From NCBI RefSeq assembly GCF_004010195.1, contig NC_057749.1, positions 12,454,591 to 12,518,590 of the forward strand: a DNA stretch of 64,000 bases, written 5' to 3'. The DNA comes from Chiloscyllium plagiosum. Taxonomy: Eukaryota. Below, piece after piece: positions 13,512 through 23,580 of the stretch. How positions within the stretch are numbered: the stretch's first letter is position 1; every line of letters begins with the position of its first letter. The notes below the pieces were generated by a model. It worked only from the letters and a program-made list of their open reading frames with translations, was not told the origin of the DNA and ran no database searches. The position numbers and the translations under genes are program-made.

Positions 13512-14749
13512 TACTGGACAGTGTAGGCATCAAATCCATGCATAGCTGATGCTGAGATAGGAAACAGTGGTTAGTATTTAGGAAAAGGAATTTTGGATTG
13601 TTTTGTTTCACCCACATTGCCCTAATGCAAGAGCCCTCAGGGCACTTGTAACACCTGGTTCAGATCACTAATCTCTTCAAAGACCATGAATCTCATCTGG
13701 TACCTAGGTAATCTGTATTGTCTCCAATATATCTGGCTGTGCATTTACTGGTCTTTGGGGATTGGGCTGGGGGCAAGTAGAATAATATCTACATTCTAAC
13801 AGGTGATAGTGATAGTTCCCATGCCTAATGTTTCCATCCTGAGATATAAGTTCCACTGTCCTCAGGACATGCTATATGACTTAAGTGTTCAAAAAAGCAT
13901 GAGAAGCTAACTTGATGTAAAGAAATGAGCAACTAGCTGTGTAATATGAAGAACAAATACCCGGGAGTGTGTGCAGAGCATGTAATTCAATCTCTGTCTT
14001 CGATGCTGCAGTTTCTGAAGCCATCAGAATGGTTGAATTGAATTAATGCTTTGTAAAGTGGCTGCCAGGCAGTCAGCCGTCACCTGATGTTTATTCATTT
14101 ACAACACGCACTGTACCACACTCCAACCTCCCCTCCATGCACCCTGCCAGTTGGCTGCTATTTCTTTAAATTTTCCTGTTAAATATGCTGTGTAATGTTT
14201 GGCGAAAGTGGAGCATTTGATTTTGGGAAATAAATAATGTACATTTTTTCCAAGATGTTCAACTACTGTGATAGTTGGGGTTGTGTTGAGTGTCACCAAT
14301 GTGCTGTGGCATCATGGGTTGCATCATAGCTAAATGCAATTTTGACCCTTATCCTGAAATGCACTCAATCACTGCTCACTGGGTTGCTTTTCCCCACAGA
14401 CCACTGATGAAAATTGTTGCATTGTGACTGTAATGCCACCCAGAGTGAGCTCAGTTACTTCTGCGTAGACAGGGATTTGAATTTGGGGATCCTGTGTTTT
14501 GGATGGCTCAGTTACACATTCCTAATCCAGAAAGTCAGCTTTCACATTTCAGTCGTAAATTCTCCCAGTGATTATCTGTAGCTGTTGAGCTCTTAGTAAC
14601 CTTACTGCATGTCAGTGGCATTCTTAATGGTGCAATTATGAACCACTCCTGTCCTTACAGTCTCTCATTGCTGCTGAATTATGGAATTAGTGAGTCTTTA
14701 CTGTTAATGTTCAGAGTCAATTGGATCACAGCAAATTCTGTGAAGTGAG

Positions 14750-15210
14750 TATGTATGTGTGTGCTTGGTTAATATCAGTGTATATGTCTACGAAGCACTG
14801 AACATTGTATTTGCTTGCTGAGTGGAATTTACGTTTGTGTTTGCTGAGTGGCTATATGTGTGTTTGATGATTGGAGTTTGTGTGTTTACTGAACTTTATG
14901 TATGTGTTGGAGCAGGGTGTGTGAGTATGTTTGCTGAGTGGGGTATACCATGTGTTTCTATGTGGAGTGTTTGTGTTTGTGCCTGTGTTTGCTGAGTGAG
15001 ATGTGTTTGTGCTGAGTGGGATTTATGAGTATTTGCTGAGCAGGGTGTATGTTTGCTGAGTGGGGCGTGTGTGTGTTTGCTGAGCAGGGTGTGCGTGTCT
15101 ATTTGCTGAATTGTGTGTGTGTTTTTGCAAAGGGGGGTGTTGTGTGCCTTTGCTGAGTGGTTTGAGTGTGTCTGTTATGTTTGCTACATGGTATATTTGA
15201 GTATGTGTGC
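14750..15210. repeat. Degenerate GT-rich minisatellite
   Basis: Recurring gtgtgtttgctgagtgg motif. Confidence 0.75.
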
Positions 15211-16084
15211 ATTCATTGAATGATACACAACAAGTGGGAGAGTGTGCAAAAGGTTTGTGTCTGCGGTGGGGACCAGTAAAGTCCATGTGGCAACAACATG
15301 CATTATACATGGTACCATCTGACCCCCATACCCGAGGCTATCGTTCCCTGATATCATACCTTTAATGGGCACAACTGTCATGCAATTTTCATCAGATGTA
15401 ACAATGACTGTATTTTGAATAATATCTATTCAATTGTTAAAAATACTACCATCGCAGTTACACATTCTGTAATCCCAAACCTGGGTGTTCTGCACTGCTC
15501 ATTGCTTTTAACCCTTGAGGCAGTTTCTTAACCGTTTCCAGATTCAACCTGAGTAACTGTTGCTTTGCATTGAACCATTTGTCTTTTGTCCAATTCTGGT
15601 CAGAGTTGGAGTTGTAAAGGATTATAAACGGGCCCAGTTTAGGGAAGCAGAATAAAGGGTACGTTAAGGGTTGTGTCATTAGTGGACAAAAGGAAAGCAA
15701 TGCTGTGTTGATGCTGGAAATTTGAAATAAAAACAGAAAAGCTGGAAATTTGAAATAAAAACAGAAAATCTGAAAATAATCAGAAAATTGAGCAGCATTG
15801 ATGGAGAGTCAAAGAATAAAAATTTCAGACCAATGACCTTTCATCAGAGTCAAAAGATGTTCAAGATGAAATGTTTAATAATGAGGGAGTAGAAGAAAAC
15901 AAGAGAGAGAGAGAGAGAGAGCGCAGTCATGTGGGGGCTGGTAGTATTGATTAAAGGACTAATGTTATAGTGATGCAAATAGAGTCAGGCAAATTATTTT
16001 GATATTTATAATCAAAATTCCTTTTGGCCCTGCCTCCAGCTTATCATCTTCCCAACCCGATTCCTCCTTTTTGACACAACTCTA

Positions 16085-16650
16085 AATTGACCCCACTTCC
16101 CACTCCCCACTAACACTGACCCATTCCACCCTCCCCAGTAACGTTGACCCATTCCACTCTCTTCACTTACACAGATACATTGCATACTCTGCACTAATAC
16201 TGACCCATTCCACCCTCCCCACTAACGCTGACCCATTCCACCCTCTTCACTTACACTAACACTAACACATTGCATACTCTGCACTAAAGCTGACCCATTG
16301 CACATTCCTCACTAACACTGGCCCACTGCACCCTCTCCACTAACGTTGACCCATTCCATCCTCTCCACAAATACTGACCCATTGCACACTTCCTACTAAC
16401 GCTGATCCATTGTGTACTCTGCACTTACACTGACCCATTGCACCCTCCCACTAACACTGATTATTGTGTACTCTGCACTAACACTGACCATTGTGTACTC
16501 TGCACTAACACTGACCCATTGCATACTCTGCACTAATACTGACCCATTGTGTACCCTGTACTAACACTGACCCATTGCATACTCTGCACTAATACTGACC
16601 CATTGTGTACTCTGCACTAATACTGACCCATTGCACACTCACCATGAACA
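16085..16650. repeat. ~28-bp minisatellite, about 20 copies
   Basis: Unit cactaacactgacccattgcatactctg and variants. Confidence 0.92.
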
Positions 16651-17355
16651 CTGTCTACTCACACACACATGACTTCTGAATCTTTCCTTCACTGTTTTGC
16701 TGTATCACTGCTATTTGTCTCAGCATTTTGGAACTTCCCTCCTAGTATTTTGTCATATCTCTTCTCATTTCAGCAGGATCCTGCTTGCCTACACTTCAGG
16801 TTATTGCCCCTATTCCTCTTCTGATTTCTGAATCCTTTGGTGAAGTGTGTTAAACCTTGCTAGAGTTTGGAGCTGCTGCTGTTGTGTTGCTGTACCAGAC
16901 GATCCTTGTTTTAAAAAAAAGTACCATGTACATTGAAGACATTATTACAATTAGCACTAGTATGTTCATCTCTGATTGTTCTTATGTGGAGCTACACTAG
17001 GAAGTAGGAGCAGATTGAATGGTTGTAAGAAGAATGGCTTCCTGTTGAAATCAGTAAATTATGATGAATGTTACATGTCTGCATTGATCTTTAATAATTC
17101 ACAATATCCCACTTGTCTCCTTAAAACCTTGCATTTTTTTACCAAGCTTTCCATATTCCCTCCTATCATCAAGTGAGCATTCCCGATTAAAAAGTATACC
17201 AGGAGAAAGGAATGAGTAACAAACGGAAATACAACTGGGGCTAATAAGTTCAAATTCTGCTCCCTGGTGTGATTCTGACTGCTTGCCCATGATGCTAAAT
17301 GCTGTGCAGATTTGTATTTGTCTTTGTCTGGTGAGCAGTACATCTAGAAATGAAC

Positions 17356-17450
17356 ATCTAGATCCTGAAGAAGGGCTTATGCTCGAAACGTCGATTCTCC
17401 TGTTCCCTGGATGCTGCCTGACCTGCGCTGTTCCAGCAACACATTTTCAG
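17356..17450 (+). mobile_element. Short hammerhead-bearing Penelope-like non-autonomous insertion
   Basis: cCTGAAGAagggcttatgctcGAAACGTCga core; 14-bp TSD atctagaaatgaac at 17342-17355 and 17451-17464. Confidence 0.8.
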
Positions 17451-17934
17451 ATCTAGAAATGAACCATTGGGAGTAGTTTGCTTTCATCAATGTATGGTCG
17501 TGTTCTTTCGTATTCCTGGTAGAACTTGCTTTTGTATCCTGAAATTACAGATATTGGCAATTGTCCATTCCCTTTATCATTTTTTTGTGATGTTCTTGCC
17601 ATTTTTAAAAGATCTGACTTATTACTGTAGCAATTGAGAAATTACAGAGGAAGGCTGCACCCAAACAATTCAATGAGTGAATGGATTAGTCACCTGGACT
17701 CAAAATTTTAGCTTGTGCTCTCCATGGAAGCTGGGTGACCCGTGTGATTTCCAGCTTTTATTTTCAGTGATTGAACACCATCTCTCTCCTGTCATTTGCT
17801 GGGCTTGCTGTATGAGCAGTATGACTCCTCTGTTATCCTGTAAGGGTCTTGGAAAGACTGCACTAACTTTAGTCTGTTGCTTTGTGAAATGTTGAGTGTT
17901 GTAGATACTTTTAATCAATCTCTTTAGATTTCTT

Positions 17935-18290
17935 TTTTCAATCATTCATGGTATGTGGGCACTACTGGCTAGGCCAAAATTTATTGCCCATCCCTAATTG
18001 CCCAATTAAGAGTCAACTGCATTGCTCAGGGTCTGGAGTTACATGTAGGCCAGACTGGGTAAGGATGGCAGATTTCCTTCCCTGAAGGACATGAGTGAAA
18101 CAAGTTGGTTTTTACGACAAATTGATAAGAGTTACATGGTCACTATGAGGCAATCCTTTTATTCCATATGTTTATTGAATTCAAATTTCGCCATCTGCAA
18201 TGGTGGATCCAAACCCATGTTCTCAGCAGATTAACCTATGCTTCTGAATTGCTAGTACAGTGACAACATCACAATATCACCGCCTCCTAT
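17935..18290 (-). mobile_element. SINE/LINE-tail element sharing its 3' end (tcattcatgg.atgtggg...atttattgcccatccctaattgccc) with the L2/CR1-like LINE at 58110
   Basis: The same terminal motif occurs at 58112-58175; a related body occurs at 47320-47610. Confidence 0.6.
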
Positions 18291-18760
18291 AAAATTTTAT
18301 GATACTTCTGGAGCAGATGGGACTTGAACCCTGATCTTCTGGCCTAGATTTAGGGGAACTAACAAGTACTAAATTGCATTTTCACAATACTTTTTTAAGC
18401 TTTTTCGTTTTCTTAAATTTAAAGTGTCACAAATCTGGAGCAGGAATGACTTGAATCTGGGCTTTCTGGCATGGAGTGGTAGGGACTCATCACAAGACCG
18501 TCAGTGCTGACTGTTTTGATATTTTTAATCAACTTGTTCATACACACACTGACACATGTAGGGCAGGTGGGACTTAAATCTGGACTGTCTGACACAGAGA
18601 TAGGGACATTACCACTGTTTCACAAGAGCCCTGTGATGGATGTCGTAGATATTTTTAATCAGTTTGTTCAGAAAGATGTTATGACACACCTCTGTAACAG
18701 GTGGGAGTTCAACCTTGGCAGTCTCACTCAGAGATAAGGACACTACCATTTGCCACACTG
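18290..18760 (-). repeat. Tandem array of four short tRNA-derived SINE units
   Basis: Four degenerate copies of ctggagcaggtgggacttgaacc...agggacactaccac (reverse A/B boxes). Single + copies occur at ~45590-45680 and ~58450-58550. Confidence 0.7.
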
Positions 18761-19203
18761 AATCTAATTTATTTAGTGAATAACGAATGCATGAATGAGC
18801 GTGTTGGCTGTTTTTCTGCCTTTGTTAGGTGGTAATATGGAATGTCTTCCTGTTCTGAAGAATGTTGCCTGTCTGCTTTCATCTTTAATAATTCATCTTT
18901 ATCCTGTGTCCATCACATTTATCTCCTTTGCATTGCTGTATAAGACCTACTTCTTTTATGAAGCTGTCAGTAGCTATACTGACATTTCATCATTCACGGC
19001 TACAAGCCAATTGCTGGAAAATGGGATTAAAATAGAAGAATGTTAGATAACTGGTATGAATGTGATGGGCTGCAGGGCCTCCTTCTGTGCTGTAAAATAC
19101 AATATGACTATAAGCTGTCAATCCTCTGTTCTGTTAAATTTAGTTTGATAAAGTACCTGTAAAATAACCTTGGGATGTTTTGCTTTATATTTAAGGGCTA
19201 TAT

Positions 19204-20374
19204 TGTTAGACCTCACTGGGGTAGCACCCTGAAGATCAAGCCCTGCTATTCCCAGAATTGTCACGAAGTTAAAGATTTTGAAAAGTATGCAGATTCCCCT
19301 ATTTACCTACCTTTTAAACCCATATTGATAGAAAACATTGATGAGATTTCTTAACAAGAACTACTATTTATTATTATTATACTCTAGCTATTGGTAAACA
19401 ATTATTAACCATCGACATATAATTGTGCAAGTCTAACGCCTTAAAAACCTTCCTTTACACACAATACAGGCAGAAACAGACAAGGAAACAAACATGGGTG
19501 TTTGGACTGAGGAAAAGATTGGGAAGGCTGTCAATGGTCCCTGTTCACAAGATTAACTGAAATGATTCTTGTGTTGATCCAAATGCTGCTACTTGCTTCC
19601 TTGTTCTGATGCTTTCACTTATTTTCAAAAGGCACAGGTGACTGGTTCAGACTTGTGAAGTGTTATCTATTGGTTTTTTTAATTAAGATCCGTTTGCATC
19701 AACTGCTGAAGGAAAAATGAACCTTTTTTAATGCAGAAAGTGGAGGCAATTTATGACCTTAGAGATTTGGTGGCTTCTCATTTGTTCACAGACCCAAGCT
19801 GGTCATTTACCAGGGAGCCAGTCATGTAGTTATTGGCAGACAGCAGGTCTTTGTAATTGGCAAGTGGTCACTTGTCCACTTGCTTGTTGCTGACTGAAGT
19901 ACCATTTTTACACACCCCTTGACTTTTCAAGCCATCCGTTCCAGCTTGAACCAACAGCTGTGTAAATAGCACTCACATTGAGTGCCAGGTTACTTGTAGT
20001 GTCATAGAGGTGTACAGCATGAAACAGACCCCTTGGTCCAATGCGTCTGTGCTGACCAGATATCCTAACCTAATCTAGTCCCATTTTGTCAGCATTTGAC
20101 CTATATCCCTCTCAGCCCTTACTATTCATATAACCATCCAAATGCCTTTCAAATGCTGTAATTGTACTAGACTCCACCACTTCCTCTGGCAGCTCATTCC
20201 ATACATTCACCACCCTCTGCGTGAAAAAGTTGCCCTTTAGGTCCCGATTAAATTGTTCCCCTCTTACCGTAAACCTATGCCCTCAAGTCAGTCAAGTTCA
20301 GAAGATTATCTTGATGGTGAGTGAATTCCCAGGCTACATTTTTTTCTTTTTTCATGTATCCAGATATTCTAACA
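19204..20374 (-). mobile_element. Candidate solo LTR, interrupted by a CR1 3' fragment
   Basis: Termini TGTTAGA...TCTAACA form a 7-bp inverted repeat (TG..CA). A minus-strand AATAAA lies near 19370. No clean TSD. Confidence 0.4.
19998..20285 (-). mobile_element. CR1 (HER1-like) 3' fragment
   Basis: Matches the 3' end of the CR1 copies at 30310 and 56400-56680. Confidence 0.85.
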
Positions 20375-20775
20375 CACAATTGATCATCTTATCCCCACTG
20401 TCAAACCACCAGTGAGTTTTTTCTTTCAGCCATTAACCACCACCAGTAAATTCCCTGTGCTGTCCAGTTAATTAATTTATGTACAAAGGTCATTAAGGAC
20501 AATACAAACCATCACAGTTGAGGAAGAGGCAGGGAGAGTCATAGGAGGATAAATCAAAATGGAGTTGGAAGGGGAAGGCTCCATTTTTAATTGTGGTGGA
20601 ATTAGCTCATCTCCAAAGGAATGGAAATTGTGATCCCACATTAACCCCAAATCCCTGCGCTGGGAAGCAGCAATATCAGACACAGTTCTGGCTCCCAGTC
20701 AATGTTGAGCAACCACCCCTGTGTTCTCTCACCCATCAAGGGGTATACACCTACACCACTGTAGCTAGATAGGAC

Positions 20776-22455
20776 TTTTTTTATTTCAAAAATAGGCTTT
20801 ATTCATAAAATATTTTGATCTGTACAATTGGTGATGCCATTCATAGGCATACCTTGCATTTCTTTACATACAGAGATCGGAATTAATCATTCATATACAG
20901 GTCTGTATGTTTACCATCCATATATTTAGCTGAGGCGTCAGCAGAGCCCACTTACTGAGTGGGCCCCCTGTTCTTCTTTGGCAGGCAGACGTTACATGGT
21001 GGTCTTTCCCCAGTGTGCCTTGGCGGCAGCTGCCCAAGCTTCAGTGCGTCCCTCAACACGTAGTCCAGGAGCATGGAATGTGCCAGTCCGCAACACTCAG
21101 TCGGGGTCAGCTGCTTCAGCTGGAAGATCAACAGGTTTTGGACAGACCCGCGGAACAGACCGTAGAGCACGGAGTCCCGCGTCACGGCGCTGCTCGGGAC
21201 AAACCTCGACAAACACCACTGCATTCGTCTCCAGACTTCCTTTGTGTAGGCACATTCCAGAAAAAGGTGTGTGACAGTCTCGTCCCCTCCGCAGCCACTT
21301 CGATGGCAGCGAGCAGTGCGGCAGAGAGTCCGGGCGTACATAAAGGATCTCACAGGCAGAGTCCTTCTCACCACCAGCCAAGCCATGTCTTGATGCTTGT
21401 TGGAAAGTTCTGGCGATGAGGCATTCTGCCAAATAACTTCTGCACAGGGAACCACTTGACAGATTCCGCCCTCCTTTTCCCGAAGGGTCTCAAGGACACT
21501 ACGTGCTGACCACTTCCTGATGGACTTGGTGGCAAAGGTGTTTTTCTTCATAAATTTCTCCACGAAAGACAGATGATACGGAACAGTCCAACTACTCGGA
21601 GCGTTCCGCGGCAGTGAGGCCCATCCTTCGCAACACCGGGGACAGGTAGAACCTCAGTACGTAGTGACACTTGGTGTTTGCGTACCGGGGATCCACGCAC
21701 AGCTTGATGCAGCCACACACAAAGGTGGCCATCAGGGTGAGGGAGGCATTGGGTGTGTTTTTACCCAGATTTTTGTACATCGAGTCCCTTTGGACCCGGT
21801 CCATCTTTGATCTCCATATAAAATGAAAGATGGCTTGGGTGACTACGACGGCACAGGTTCTGGGAATAGGCCAGACCTGTGCCACATATAACAGTGCCTC
21901 ACACCTGATGACCAGGTTTTTCCCCGCGATGGAGAGCGACCGTAGTTTCCAACTGCCCAGTTTCTGCCTCACGTTCTTGATACGCTCCTCCCAAGACTTG
22001 GCAAATCCCCCAGCCCCTCTGAACGAAATACCCAGCACCTTCAAGTGGTCGGTCCTGATGGTGAAGGGGATGAAGGAATGGTTGACCCAGTTCCCGAAGA
22101 GCATGGCCTCGCTTTTGCCTTGATTTGCCTTGGCCCTCGAGGCCCGTTCGAATTGGTCACAGATGCACATGAGTCTGTGCACCGACAGCGGATCCAAGCA
22201 GAAAACGGCAACGTCATCCATGTACAGGGAGGCCTTAACTTGTAGGCCCCCGCTGCCAGGAATAGTCACCCCTCTCAGGTTCGCATCCTTCCTGATGGAC
22301 TCGGCAAATGGCTCTATGCAGCACACAAACAAGACAGGAGCGAGAGGGCAGCCCTGCCTGACTCCAGATCTGACTGGGAAGCTATCTGATTCCCACCCAT
22401 TGATTGAGACTGCACTGACAATGTTGGTGTAGAGCAATCTGATCCAATTGCAGAT
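20776..22455 (-). mobile_element. Tx1-like (L1 superfamily) non-LTR retrotransposon copy A, 5'-truncated
   Basis: RT motifs GVRQGCPLAP and YMDDV, C-terminal C..C...ET..HLFLEC, AATAAA plus A-tail; TSD agataggac at 20767-20775 and 22452-22460. Confidence 0.92.
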
Positions 22456-22461
22456 AGGACC

Positions 22462-23580
22462 TATTTTTTATTTCAAAAATATACTTTATTCATAAAATTA
22501 TTTGGATCTGTATACAATTGGTCATGCCATTCTTGTGCACACATTACATTGCTTTATATACAGACATCGAAATTTATTTTTCCTATATACAAGTCTGTAC
22601 ATTTACTATCCAGCTCTTCTGCTGAGGCGTCAGCGGAGCCCAGATGACTGGGTGGGCCCCCTGTTCTTCTTTGGCAGGCAGACGTTACTTGTGGTCTTTC
22701 CCCACCGCGCCTTGGCGGCAGCTGCCCCAGGCTTCAGCGCGTCCCTCAACATGTAGTCCTGGACCTTGGAATGTGCCAGTCTACAGCACTCAGTTGGGGT
22801 CAACTCCTTCAGCTGGAAGATCAACAGGTTTCGGACCACCCAGAGAGCGTCTTTCACCGAGTTGATGATCCGCCAGGCACAGTTGATGTTCGTCTCTGTG
22901 TGCGTCCTGGAGAACAGACCGTAGAGCATGGAGTCCCGCATCACGGCGCTGCTCGGGACGAATCTCGACAAATACCATTGCATTCCTCTCCAGAACTCTG
23001 CATAGGCACATTCCAGAAGGAGGTGTGTGACAGTCTCGTCCCCACCGCAGCCGCTTCGAGGGCAGTGTGCGGTGCAGCAGAGAGTCCGGGTGTACATAAA
23101 GGTTCTCACAGGCAGGGCCTTCCTCACCACCAGGAGAAAGTGAGGTCTGCAGATGCTGGCCTGTGCCCGAAACGTCGAATCTCCTGTTCCCTGGATGCTG
23201 CCTGACCTGCTGTGCTGTTCCAGCAATAAAGTTTCAACTTCCTCACCACCAGCCAAGCCATGTCTTGGTGCTTGTTGGAAAGTTCTGGCGATGAGGCATT
23301 CTTCCAAACGACTTTGACAGTCTGCTCAGGGAACCGCTCGATAGGATCTGCCCTCTATTTTTCCCGAAGGGTCTCAAGGACACTACATGCTGACCACTTC
23401 CTGATGGACTTGTGGTCAAAGGTGTTTTTCTTCATAAAGTTCTCCACAAAGGACAGGTGATACAGAACGGTCCAACTACTCGGGGCGTTCCGCGGCAGCG
23501 AGACCAGGCCCATCCTTCGCAACACCGGGGACAGGTACCTTAACTTGTAGGCCCCCGCAGCCAGGAATAGTCACCCCTCT
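22462..23580 (-). mobile_element. Tx1-like copy B, 5'-truncated and internally deleted
   Basis: 3' UTR and ORF2 C-terminus homologous to copy A. At 23537/23538 the sequence jumps to a segment matching 22233-22275. Confidence 0.9.
23134..23237 (+). mobile_element. Short Penelope-like insertion nested in Tx1 copy B
   Basis: 15-bp TSD cttcctcaccaccag at 23119-23133 and 23238-23252. Inverted terminal piece plus gcccGAAACGTCgaatc (3' half of the hammerhead core). Confidence 0.85.
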
